The notes below the pieces were generated by a model. It worked only from the letters and a program-made list of their open reading frames with translations. It did no database searches and was not told the DNA's origin. A program made the translations under genes and the position numbers. Shown piece by piece: positions 10,884 through 20,173 of a stretch of DNA of 64,000 bases. Source of the DNA: an uncultured Phycisphaerales bacterium. GTDB lineage: Bacteria > Planctomycetota > Phycisphaerae > Tepidisphaerales > Tepidisphaeraceae. How positions within the stretch are numbered: position 1 is the first letter of the stretch; each line of letters begins with the position of its first letter. The DNA lies in contig CAVWVQ010000003.1 in NCBI GenBank assembly GCA_963758525.1, positions 896,001 through 960,000 on the forward strand, read 5' to 3'.

Positions 10884-11189
10884 CTATTTCTTGCTGCGCT
10901 GCGCCAGCCAACGTTCTGCATCGGCCTGACCGGTGAAGTCGAGAAGCGCGTCGCCGAGCGCAAACATCGCGGCATCGTCCAAACGCTGGATTTGCCTCGA
11001 TAAGCTCGCCGAAATTCTACCGAGCCGCCGGCCCAGCAGGCGGACTACCAAATCCCGGGCCTCCTGTCGGCCCTCCGCCCGGCCTTGTTGCAGCCCCTTC
11101 TTGACGCCCTCCTCGATCCATTCGTTGGTCCACTGCATGACAGCCTTCCGTTCTCTGGGAGCCACCGATTCAAGCATCACTGGACTCAC
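10884..11189 (-). CDS. Stand-alone DUF4351 (Rpn-type C-terminal) protein or gene remnant
   Basis: EEGVKKGLQQGRAEGRQEARDLVVRLLGRRLG...LGDALLDF...WL; no nuclease N-domain upstream. Confidence 0.65.
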   Translation of the reverse strand: MSPVMLESVAPRERKAVMQWTNEWIEEGVKKGLQQGRAEGRQEARDLVVRLLGRRLGRISASLSRQIQRLDDAAMFALGDALLDFTGQADAERWLAQRSKK

Positions 11190-11290
11190 GGTCGCGATTG
11201 TAACTTGAGGAGATGGGGAAAGAAGCGACGTCTGCAGGCTTCTTCGCCCTCACTCCCCCCGCCTCGCGTTTCCCCTACAATACGCTTCGC

Positions 11291-12295
11291 ATGACCACCG
11301 CAACGCCGCCACCCAAGAAGAAAGTCAAATCGAGCGCCGCTCACGATCCCGATTCCTATCGGATGACGATCGGCGAACACCTCGAGGATCTGCGCTGGCG
11401 GCTGATCATCGGCTTGCTCGGGTTTGCCGTCGCGGTCGTGATCTGCGTGACCTTCACCGAACGGCTGATGGTCTTTTTCACCGCGCCGTACATCTCGCAA
11501 CTGGTGAAGCATCACATGAATCCGCAGATGTACTACAACCAGATCACCGAGGGGTTCATGACCTACCTCAAGATCTGGATGATCAGCGCCGCGCTGCTGG
11601 CCGGGCCGTGGCTGCTCTATCAGATCTGGCAGTTCGTCGCGGCCGGGCTCTATCCCAACGAGCGGAAGATGGTCACCCGCTACATCCCGCTGTCGATCAC
11701 GCTGCTGATCACCGGGGTGGTGTTTGTGTATGTCGTCGTGCTGCCGATGTCGATCTCGTTTTTCCTGAGTTTTTCGGGCGGCCTTCCGCTGCCCGGCATG
11801 CGACACGGGGATCCTGTCCCGCTCAAAGACGATCCATCCCCCGCCCGCTTCAAGGTCTTCCAAGGGGATCCGGCACAGCCGGTTGAGGGAGAGGCGTGGA
11901 TCAACTCGGTTGAGAATCGCGTCAAGACATACTACGGCGGCGAAGTGCATGTCATGATGATGGGGTCCACCAGCTTGCTGACGCCGATGATCACCCTGTC
12001 GGATTACATCGACCTGGTGCTGACGTTCATGCTGACGTTTGGGCTGGCATTTCAGCTGCCATTGGTCGTGCTTGCGATGGTGAGCGCCGGTCTGGTCGAA
12101 ATTGCGTTTCTCAAGAAACAGCGGCGAATGGTCTATTTCGTGATGGCAATCGCCTCAGCCGTCCTCGCGCCGGGGGAAATTGTTTCCAGCATGTTATCGC
12201 TCCTGATTCCGTTGATGATCCTCTACGAGTTTGGCCTCTGGCTGGCGCAGTGGCGGCAAAAAGCGGCGGCAGCGACGGCCGCGGCGGAAGACTGA
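11291..12295 (+). CDS. tatC: Twin-arginine translocase subunit TatC
   Basis: MTIGEHLEDLRWRL, YQIWQFVAAGLYPNER, FGLAFQLP, LYE. Confidence 0.93.
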   Translation: MTTATPPPKKKVKSSAAHDPDSYRMTIGEHLEDLRWRLIIGLLGFAVAVVICVTFTERLMVFFTAPYISQLVKHHMNPQMYYNQITEGFMTYLKIWMISAALLAGPWLLYQIWQFVAAGLYPNERKMVTRYIPLSITLLITGVVFVYVVVLPMSISFFLSFSGGLPLPGMRHGDPVPLKDDPSPARFKVFQGDPAQPVEGEAWINSVENRVKTYYGGEVHVMMMGSTSLLTPMITLSDYIDLVLTFMLTFGLAFQLPLVVLAMVSAGLVEIAFLKKQRRMVYFVMAIASAVLAPGEIVSSMLSLLIPLMILYEFGLWLAQWRQKAAAATAAAED

Positions 12296-12333
12296 CAAGA
12301 TTCGGTCCTCAAGTTCCGCGGTGGTTTGCCGAT

Positions 12334-12441
12334 GGTTAGCCGCGACGCGCAGCGGAGCGCGTATTCGTGCGAATTACGCAACGGGCGAAATCACGCTGTT
12401 TCTCGTTCGAATACGCGCTCCGCTGCGCGTCGCGGCTAACC
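12334..12441. repeat. REPIN/MITE-like perfect 34-bp inverted repeat with 40-nt spacer
   Basis: GGTTAGCCGCGACGCGCAGCGGAGCGCGTATTCG (12334-12367) and its exact reverse complement (12408-12441). Confidence 0.9.
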
Positions 12442-12560
12442 TCGGCCCGGGGCGATCTCGCGTGAACATTCCCCGCTTTTAGACTGAAAGAATGCTTCCG
12501 TTCACTTGCTCCCCCAATATAATCCGATGAGATGACTGACCGCCTTACGAGAGAATTTTC

Positions 12561-13103
12561 ATGATCCATCCCTGGCACGACGTGACTCCCGGCGAATCCA
12601 TTCCGCAGGAGTTCAACACTATTATCGAAATCCCCTTCGGCTCCAGCGTCAAATACGAGCTTGACAAAACCAGCGGCCTGATCAAGCTCGATCGCGTCCT
12701 GTATTCGGCGGTGTATTACCCCGCGAATTATGGGTTTGTGCCGCAGACGCTCGCGGAAGATGACGACCCGCTGGACGTGCTGGTGCTCTGCCAAGAAACG
12801 GTCGTGCCGCTGACGATGATTCACGCCCGCACGATCGGCCTGATGACCATGATCGACGGCGGCAAGAAGGACCACAAGATCATCGCCGTCGCGACCGAGG
12901 ATCCTGAATTCAACAGCTATCGCGAAGCCGAAGAGATGCCTCCGCATCGCCTGACGATGCTCCGCCGATTCTTCCAGGACTATAAGCAACTGGAAGGCAA
13001 AGCCGTTGAGGTCGATCAGATTCAGTCGGCAAAGGACGCGTTTCCGATCATCGAAGATGCGTTGAGCAGGTACAGCCGGCAGCGACGGCGCGGGTTCAAA
13101 TAA
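12561..13103 (+). CDS. ppa: Inorganic pyrophosphatase (family I)
   Basis: [38 protein letters not shown]. Confidence 0.96.
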   Translation: MIHPWHDVTPGESIPQEFNTIIEIPFGSSVKYELDKTSGLIKLDRVLYSAVYYPANYGFVPQTLAEDDDPLDVLVLCQETVVPLTMIHARTIGLMTMIDGGKKDHKIIAVATEDPEFNSYREAEEMPPHRLTMLRRFFQDYKQLEGKAVEVDQIQSAKDAFPIIEDALSRYSRQRRRGFK

Positions 13104-13110
13104 GATCGAA

Positions 13111-13139
13111 TTGACGCCCTTCTCGCCCCCCGCTACAGT
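13111..13139 (+). promoter_or_regulatory. Sigma70-type promoter upstream of citrate synthase
   Basis: TTGACG (13111-13116), 17 nt, TACAGT (13134-13139). Confidence 0.55.
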
Positions 13140-13286
13140 CTGCGCGGAGTTCGGCGGCCCCTGTTTTGGCGGACTCTGCTAAGCGATTTGCTTGTCATCC
13201 GATCAGACGGCTTGGGGCCGGTTCACGTCTCCTCACTCCCTACGAGCAAGTCGCCTGGCAGCATCCCCGAGAGACGATAATTTCAC

Positions 13287-14450
13287 ATGACTCAGGCTTC
13301 TCCGCAGGCGGCAAAGTCAGGCGGTCTTCAGGGGGTTGTCGCGGTACAGAGCGATATCTGTTTCATTGACGGCATGGCCGGGCGGCTGGTCTACCGCGGC
13401 TATGAAATCGCGGACCTCGTCGACAACACCAGCTTTGAGGAAACCGCTTACCTGCTGTGGCATGGAAAGCTTCCCAATGCCGCCGAGCTGGCGGAGCTTC
13501 GCGGGCAGCTTGGCGCGGCGACGTCGCTCCCGCCCCACGTCCTGGCGGTGCTGAAGAGCCTTCCGGCCAAGACGCAGCCGATGGACGCGCTGCGAACCGC
13601 TGTCAGCGCACTGGGCGCAATCGATCCGGATCTCGAACACAACGACCCGGCGGCGAATCTGCGCAAGGCGATCGGACTGACCGCGCGGTTCCCAACGATC
13701 GTGACGGCGTTCCATCGCCTGCGCAACGGGCAGGATCCGGTCGCGCCGAATCCGCAGTTGTCGATCGCCGCCAACTTCCTGCACATGATGACCGGCAAGC
13801 CCGCTGATGAGACCATCGTCCGCGTGCTGGACGGCGCACTGGTGCTCCACGCGGAACATGGCATGAACGCCAGCACGTTTGCCGCGCGCGTCACTGCCGC
13901 CACGCTGGCGGACATGCACGCTTCGGTCACTTCCGCCACCGCCGCGCTCAAGGGGCCGCTGCATGGGGGCGCCAACGAAGCCGTCATGCAACTGCTGCTC
14001 AAGTGCGGCGATGCCGACACCGCGGTCAAAACCGCTCAAGACATGCTCGCCAAGGGGGACAAGGTGCCCGGCTTCGGCCATCGCGTTTACCGCACGTTCG
14101 ACCCCCGCGCCACATTCCTCCGCAAGATGAGCAAGCAACTGGGCCAGGCGGCGGGCAATCTCAAATGGTACGAAATGTCGGAGAAGCTGATTCCGATTCT
14201 GAAAGATTCGCTCGGCTCGAACGGTCAGCCGCGCAACCTCAATCCCAACGTCGACTTCTTTTCCGCAAGCGCCTACTACACCATGGGCATCCCCATCGAC
14301 CTGTTTACCCCCATCTTCGGCGTGGCCCGCGTCGCCGGATGGTGCGCCCACATCATGGAGCAGCACGCCAACAACCGGATCATCCGTCCGACAGACGACT
14401 ACAATGGGCCGTTCGGATTGAAGGTTGTCCCGATCGCCGAACGGAAGTGA
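13287..14450 (+). CDS. gltA: Citrate synthase (short type; 2-methylcitrate synthase not excluded)
   Basis: LVYRGY, LHAEHGMNASTF, GPLHGGANE, GFGHRVY, PNVDF. Confidence 0.9.
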   Translation: MTQASPQAAKSGGLQGVVAVQSDICFIDGMAGRLVYRGYEIADLVDNTSFEETAYLLWHGKLPNAAELAELRGQLGAATSLPPHVLAVLKSLPAKTQPMDALRTAVSALGAIDPDLEHNDPAANLRKAIGLTARFPTIVTAFHRLRNGQDPVAPNPQLSIAANFLHMMTGKPADETIVRVLDGALVLHAEHGMNASTFAARVTAATLADMHASVTSATAALKGPLHGGANEAVMQLLLKCGDADTAVKTAQDMLAKGDKVPGFGHRVYRTFDPRATFLRKMSKQLGQAAGNLKWYEMSEKLIPILKDSLGSNGQPRNLNPNVDFFSASAYYTMGIPIDLFTPIFGVARVAGWCAHIMEQHANNRIIRPTDDYNGPFGLKVVPIAERK

Positions 14451-14456
14451 GTGGGA

Positions 14457-14550
14457 AGGCACGGAGGCACGAAGGGGAAAGGCAAACGCGGTCTGACTCT
14501 CAATTGAGATTTGCAATTTGCAGTTTGCAATTTGCAATCCTCAATTGAAT
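14457..14550. repeat. GGCACGGA plus TTTGCAA composite tract
   Basis: aggcacggaggcacgaagg...atttgcaatttgcagtttgcaatttgcaatcctcaattg; the heptamer part closely matches the reverse complement of 7105-7132. Confidence 0.8.
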
Positions 14551-14601
14551 TTTCCCCGTCCGCTTTTGCCTCAGGGTTTCCCGTTCTTCTCTGTTGTTCT
14601 G

Positions 14602-15951
14602 ATGCAGACCCCCAGCGATCAGTCCGACCGCGAGGATATCAATCGGCCGGCTTCCGGTTCTCCGACGGAAAATCAGCTTGAGTACTGGTCAGCAGAACCG
14701 CACGATCCATACGCGGCTCTTCGAATCGCCGACTATCGGCGCTACGCGCTGGGTTGGATGATCGCAGTCATCGGGCAGCAGATGCAAAGCGTTGCCATCG
14801 GTTGGCAGCTCTTCCAGCTTGCGGGCGGCGGAAAGCGCGGCGCCCTCTGGCAGGGATGGGCGGGCGGCGTGCAGGCGCTGCCGGTGCTTTTGCTCGCGCT
14901 TCCCGCGGGACATCTCGCGGATCGGTTCGACCGCCGACGGATGTTGATCGTCACGCAATCCTGCGCGGCGCTGTTCTCGCTGGGGCTGGCGGCGGCATCG
15001 CATCTGCACGCATCGGTCGGGCTGCTCTATCTGTTTTTGAGTCTTGGCGCCACCGCGCAAGCTGTGGGCTGGCCGGCGCGCGCGGCGCTGTTGCCGCAGC
15101 TCGTGCCGGACAGACTTTTCTCCAACGCCGCCACCTGGAACAGCAGCACATTTCAGATTGCCTCGGTGATCGGACCGGCGATGGGGGGACTGATCGTCGC
15201 CTTCTCCGTGACCGCGGCATATCTGTTGGATGCGACGTGTGCCGCGGGCTTTCTCACGCTGATTTACCTGCTTCAGCCGCGACAGGTTCAACGGACGCCT
15301 GAGGCGGTGAACCGCCAATCCCTGCTGGCGGGAGCGAGATTCGTGGGCCGCTCGAAAATCATCCTGGCCACCATCACGCTCGATATGTTTGCCGTGCTTC
15401 TCGGCGGCGCGACGTACCTGATCCCCAACTTCGCCAGTGATATCCTGCACGTCGGCGCCGTGGGCTTCGGCTGGCTCCGCGCCGCGCCGGCGTTTGGCGC
15501 CTTTGCGATGGCAATCGTCATCGCTCATCGCCCGCCGATGCAGCATGCGGGAAGAGCCCTGCTCTGGTCGGTCGCGGGATTCGGCGCTGCCACCATCGGC
15601 TTTGGCCTCTCCCGATGGTTCGCGTTCTCGTTTATCATGCTCTTGCTCACCGGCGCATTCGACAATGTCAGTGTTGTCATCCGCAACACACTCGTCCAGA
15701 TGCTCACGCCCGAGCACATGCGCGGCCGCGTCTCGGCCGTGAACAGCATGTTCATCGGCTCCTCCAACGAGATCGGCGGCCTGGAATCGGGTGTGACCGG
15801 CTGGTGGCTCGGCGTCGTCCGCTCGGTCGTCTACGGCGGGATCGGAACCATCGTCGTCGTATTCGGCATCAATCTCATCTGGCCGCAAGTGCGGGAGATC
15901 GGCGCGCTCAATGAGTTGCGGCCAATTGAGGCCGGGGCCGACGGAGCGTAG
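14602..15951 (+). CDS. MFS transporter (EntS/DHA3-like)
   Basis: GHLADRFDRR motif A, about 12 hydrophobic segments, TPEHMRGRVSA. Confidence 0.9.
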   Translation: MQTPSDQSDREDINRPASGSPTENQLEYWSAEPHDPYAALRIADYRRYALGWMIAVIGQQMQSVAIGWQLFQLAGGGKRGALWQGWAGGVQALPVLLLALPAGHLADRFDRRRMLIVTQSCAALFSLGLAAASHLHASVGLLYLFLSLGATAQAVGWPARAALLPQLVPDRLFSNAATWNSSTFQIASVIGPAMGGLIVAFSVTAAYLLDATCAAGFLTLIYLLQPRQVQRTPEAVNRQSLLAGARFVGRSKIILATITLDMFAVLLGGATYLIPNFASDILHVGAVGFGWLRAAPAFGAFAMAIVIAHRPPMQHAGRALLWSVAGFGAATIGFGLSRWFAFSFIMLLLTGAFDNVSVVIRNTLVQMLTPEHMRGRVSAVNSMFIGSSNEIGGLESGVTGWWLGVVRSVVYGGIGTIVVVFGINLIWPQVREIGALNELRPIEAGADGA

Positions 15952-15999
15952 AATGTTGCACATGCCCTCTCCCCGTCATTGCCAATCTCGGAGCAACTG

Positions 16000-16545
16000 A
16001 TGCCCGCGAAAGAACCGAAACGCAAACCGGTCGCCAAGGCTGCGTCGAAGGCAGACACCGCCGAGGTTTTGCGGGTCATCATCGGCATGATCGATCAGTT
16101 CTGCCGTGAGCGTCTGAACAACGAGTACGCTGTGCTCTGCCGCAAGTTGGCCGAGAAGCTTGCTCGCAAACGACCGTCACCGTTGCTGACAGGCAGCCCC
16201 AACGGCTGGGCCAGCGGCATTGTGCGTACCGTTGGCTGGGTCAACTTTCTGCACGATAAGAGCCAGACGCCCTCCATGCGGCTTGGCGACATCGATGGTT
16301 TTTTCGGAATCAGCGAGAGCAGCGGTTCGGCGAAGCTGGCGGCAATCCGCAAGATGCTCAAGCTTCACCCACTTGATCCGAACTGGACTTTGCCAGGCCG
16401 CCTGATGGACAATCCGATGGTTTGGATGCTTCAGGTCAACGGCTTTATGATGGACGTTCGCCATGCTCCCAGGGCGGTGCAGGAGGTCGCCTTCAGCAAG
16501 GGTCTGATCCCGTATATTCCCGCAGATCAGCCGCTCGGCGAGTGA
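16000..16545 (+). CDS. DUF6398-family protein
   Basis: FCRERLNNEYAVLC...LARKRPSPL...WASGIV...NFLHD...DVRHAPRAVQEVAFSKGLIPYIP. Confidence 0.75.
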   Translation: MPAKEPKRKPVAKAASKADTAEVLRVIIGMIDQFCRERLNNEYAVLCRKLAEKLARKRPSPLLTGSPNGWASGIVRTVGWVNFLHDKSQTPSMRLGDIDGFFGISESSGSAKLAAIRKMLKLHPLDPNWTLPGRLMDNPMVWMLQVNGFMMDVRHAPRAVQEVAFSKGLIPYIPADQPLGE

Positions 16546-16605
16546 CTGCCGGCGGTCAGGGGGAAGGGAGAGGCGAGCCATCGCGTCACGGTGAAGACGA
16601 CGCTC

Positions 16606-17670
16606 TCACTGAAGCGATTCTTCGATCCGCGCGTAGCTGTCGCGGCGCCAGCCGGGGGCAATGTCCGTCAGAACATCGGTGAAGAAGTTGGGAAGCGTTT
16701 CGCGGGTGACATTCCAGAGTCCGAAGAGCTTGACCCCCGGCGTGTCGATCACGGCTCCGCCGAAGTCGAGGTGGTAGTAGCGGGCCGACGTCGTGGTGTG
16801 CCGGCCTTTGTCGTTGTAATGGCTTATTTCACCAACGCGCAGGTCGAGCAGGGGTTGAATCGCGTTGACCAGACTGCTCTTGCCCACGCCGCTGTGACCG
16901 GCGAGGACGGTGGTCTTGTCCTTCAAGGCCGACCGCATTGCTTCCAGACCAATGCGCTTCTCGGCGCTGGTGCGAATCACCGCAATCTTCAGAACGTCGG
17001 CGTAGTACGCGAGCACTTCATCGGCCAATCGGCTTGCTTTAGAGGGGTCGGGGCCGGCCAAGTCTGTTTTATTCAGACAGACGATCGGGACGAGCCCCCC
17101 GCTCTGTGCCGCCACAATCATCCGATCGACCAAGCCCCATTTGGGACTCGGCTGCACGAGTCCGACGACGATCAGCATCTGATCCGCATTGGCGACGATC
17201 GCATGCTGCTCGATTCCCCTGAAGCTGTCTGATCGCGACAAAACCGTTCGCCGTGGAAGGACCGCCTCGATGACGCCTTCGGGAGAATCCGGACTTTCAT
17301 TCGGCGGCCGCAGGTCACCTTCGGCATTCACGTGGCGAAAGCGCACCTGGTCGCCAACGATGATGGCGGTCTTGCTGACCTTCGACAGCGTCTTACGAAT
17401 CACACAAAGATATCGAGCCGACGCGTGCTCGACGACGCAGTAGAGGCTGTAGACGACGATGACCTGCCCGACCGGCAGCGTCTCGACATCGATCTGCTCA
17501 GCCGCCTCCTCCGCTCGCATTAGAGCGGTGCGGAGAATCTTATCGTGCTCGGCACGCTTGTTGCGCGCGGAGAACTTCTGGCTCGCGTCCACGCGATCTT
17601 CGTCGAGGTTGCCGGACGTATACCGGCTCGTCAAATCTTTTTCTCGAGGACCTTTTCGTCGTTGGGACAT
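16606..17670 (-). CDS. rsgA: Ribosome small subunit-dependent GTPase A
   Basis: Circularly permuted GTPase: NKTD, GHSGVGKSS, GRHTTT, DTPG. The usual C-terminal Zn-finger cysteines appear absent. Confidence 0.92.
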   Translation of the reverse strand: MSQRRKGPREKDLTSRYTSGNLDEDRVDASQKFSARNKRAEHDKILRTALMRAEEAAEQIDVETLPVGQVIVVYSLYCVVEHASARYLCVIRKTLSKVSKTAIIVGDQVRFRHVNAEGDLRPPNESPDSPEGVIEAVLPRRTVLSRSDSFRGIEQHAIVANADQMLIVVGLVQPSPKWGLVDRMIVAAQSGGLVPIVCLNKTDLAGPDPSKASRLADEVLAYYADVLKIAVIRTSAEKRIGLEAMRSALKDKTTVLAGHSGVGKSSLVNAIQPLLDLRVGEISHYNDKGRHTTTSARYYHLDFGGAVIDTPGVKLFGLWNVTRETLPNFFTDVLTDIAPGWRRDSYARIEESLQ

Positions 17671-17707
17671 GGGGGGGACTGGTGATTGGTGAGTGGAACG
17701 TGATGGG

Positions 17708-17830
17708 GAAGGCACGGAGGCACGAAGTGGAGGAGGAGGCAAGCCAAGTACTGACGCCGGGCGTCTCTTCTCTTCCCTTCGTGCCGCAGTTTACCCGCCG
17801 CGGCGGGTGCCTTCGTGCCTCCGTGCCTTC
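17708..17830. repeat. 20-bp inverted repeat built of GGCACGGA octamers between divergent rsgA and purF
   Basis: GAAGGCACGGAGGCACGAAG (17708-17727) and CTTCGTGCCTCCGTGCCTTC (17811-17830). Confidence 0.8.
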
Positions 17831-17962
17831 CGCAAAATTTGACCCTGCCAGCCGGCGGAGATATCCTTTACCTCTGATGCGGCTGGTCCGCAGCATGTTC
17901 GTGCCGCGTTTCTGCATTGTAACGTAACATCTTGTGTCCGCTGTACAAAGACGGAGACTTCC

Positions 17963-19462
17963 TTGGCGGTGTCGCTTCCGGTTCTGAATATTGCCGCCAA
18001 CGCTGATGGATCGTCCGCTGACGATCAAGGCGAATGGCTCCTCGAGGGGTACGAGAAGAAGGAAAAGTGCGGGGTCTTTGGCATCTGGGGACCCAAGGAA
18101 GCATCGCAAATCTGCTATCTGGGCCTTTTTGCGCAGCAGCACCGAGGACAGGAATCGGCGGGAATCGTCGTCTCTGATGGGGTGACTCTGGAAGGCCACG
18201 CGGGAATGGGGCTGGTCAGCCAGTGCTTCAGCCCGCGGATGCTTCGGGAAGAACTGGTCGGGCACGCCGCCATCGGACATGTCCGCTACTCCACGACAGG
18301 CTCAAGCAAACTGTGCAACGCACAACCGCTGCTCCGTCAGTATCTGATGGGGCCGGTCGCGGTTGCGCACAATGGCAACCTGATCAACGCGCAACTCCTC
18401 CGCCAGCAGTACGAGGAGCATGGGCACATCTTTCAGAGCACCACCGATACTGAAATTATCGTCCATCTGCTGGCCAAGCCGACGCATCTGGAGCGGCACG
18501 ATCCATTGCCTCACGTGCTGAAGCATTTGCAGGGCGCATTCAGCCTGCTGTTTCTGTTTCCCAACCGTATTGAGGCGGTGCGCGATCCGTGGGGCATTCG
18601 GCCATTGGTCCTGGGAAAGACCAGCGCCGGCCATTGGTGCGTAGCGAGCGAAACGTGCGCTTTCGACGCAATCGACGCCGAGTACATCCGCGAAGTAGAG
18701 CCTGGGGAAATCGTCAGAATTGACGAACATGGATTGACTAGCCGGACATTCGATTTTCCCGCCAGCGAGCGTGCGCACTGCGTCTTTGAACACGTCTATT
18801 TCGCGAATCCCGCGAGCCGGATTTTCGGCCAGAACGTTCACATGGTGCGCGAAGCGATGGGCCGGCAGTTGGCCAAGGAAGCGCCGGTCGCCGCGGATTA
18901 CGTGATGCCAATGCCCGACTCGGGTCGAAGTGCAGCGCTGGGATTCGCCAAAGAATCCGGAACTCAATTTGAGGAGGGAATCGTTCCCAACCGGTTCGTG
19001 GGCCGGACCTTTATCCTGCCGGGTCAGGCACAGCGCGACCGGGCTGTATCGATGAAGTTAAACATTATTCCTGATGTCATCGCCCAGCGACGGATCGTGA
19101 TCGTGGAAGATTCAGTGGTACGCGGCACGACGACAAGATCGAAGATGTGCGCCATTCGCAGAGCGGGGGCCAAAGAAATTCACCTTCGCGTTTCGTGCCC
19201 GCCGATTCGCAACCCCTGCTTCTACGGAATTGACTTTCCCACCCGTGAGGAATTGATCGCCCACAATCGGACGGTGGAGCAGATCCGCGACTTCCTGGAA
19301 GTTGACAGCTTGGCGTATCTGTCGCTGTCGGGAATGCTCGGCTGCCTGAAGCATGCTGCCAGCGATTATTGCACAGCCTGCTGGAGCGGGAAGTACAAGA
19401 TTCCCATCGACAATCCGCAGAGCAAGTTCAGTTTTGAGCGGGATCAATTGCGAATGTTCTAA
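17963..19462 (+). CDS. purF: Amidophosphoribosyltransferase
   Basis: EKCGVFG propeptide/catalytic Cys, QHRGQESAG, GHVRYST, HNGNL, EDSVVRGTT, CTACW. Confidence 0.97.
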   Translation: MAVSLPVLNIAANADGSSADDQGEWLLEGYEKKEKCGVFGIWGPKEASQICYLGLFAQQHRGQESAGIVVSDGVTLEGHAGMGLVSQCFSPRMLREELVGHAAIGHVRYSTTGSSKLCNAQPLLRQYLMGPVAVAHNGNLINAQLLRQQYEEHGHIFQSTTDTEIIVHLLAKPTHLERHDPLPHVLKHLQGAFSLLFLFPNRIEAVRDPWGIRPLVLGKTSAGHWCVASETCAFDAIDAEYIREVEPGEIVRIDEHGLTSRTFDFPASERAHCVFEHVYFANPASRIFGQNVHMVREAMGRQLAKEAPVAADYVMPMPDSGRSAALGFAKESGTQFEEGIVPNRFVGRTFILPGQAQRDRAVSMKLNIIPDVIAQRRIVIVEDSVVRGTTTRSKMCAIRRAGAKEIHLRVSCPPIRNPCFYGIDFPTREELIAHNRTVEQIRDFLEVDSLAYLSLSGMLGCLKHAASDYCTACWSGKYKIPIDNPQSKFSFERDQLRMF

Positions 19463-19520
19463 CGGTACAGATGCAGCCGCAGGCGCGGCCCGCTGAGTCC
19501 GCCGAGAGGGGTGTCTCGCC

Positions 19521-19886
19521 TCACGCCGCATCTTCGGCGGACTCATCACGGAATTCGTCACGTTTGCCCAACGATTCTGAGATCGGACTTTCCAGCGCTT
19601 CTTGTTCCGCGCTGCCCGACGGCATCTGGACCGACGGCTCATGCGGCTGAGCTTGCTTCTTCCGTCCGGCGGACTTCTTGCCGCCAATTCGCCCGATCTG
19701 CGACATGTGACCGCGGTTGGCACTGACGGCTTCGCCGCCCTTGCGCCCTGCGGCTCTCGCTTCGTCGGCTGTGAACTGATGCGCAGTCCCTTTCTGATGC
19801 GCTGCTTTCCCCCCTTTGCGGGCAATTTCCTTCTGTCGGGTGCGATCCATCGCAGCAAAACCGCGATTTTTTGGGTTTGACTCCAT
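19521..19886 (-). CDS. KGG-repeat general stress protein
   Basis: RGFAAMD...QKEIARKGG...AHQFTADEARAAGRKGG...HMSQIGRIGG. Confidence 0.88.
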   Translation of the reverse strand: MESNPKNRGFAAMDRTRQKEIARKGGKAAHQKGTAHQFTADEARAAGRKGGEAVSANRGHMSQIGRIGGKKSAGRKKQAQPHEPSVQMPSGSAEQEALESPISESLGKRDEFRDESAEDAA

Positions 19887-20173
19887 CCGCGCTGCTCCTT
19901 TTCGCAAATAATTCTTTGGCAGCTTGCCAAATAAGACATTCGAGTAACGACGATGGCAGGCTCGTTGCAACGGGGATACCAACGGAGCGTCTTCTGCATT
20001 ATTTGGTGTTTATTGCACGTCTGGATTATCGGAGCTTGGATTTTTCGCAAGCTCGATCAGTTGGCAACAATTCTGGTTGGCCCTAAAGTAATGTGTCTAT
20101 CTTGATATAATCGTCCACGGGCAGTGATGGGCGCGCCGGCCCCGCATTTCGCCGTGATGGGAGTGAACTTCCG

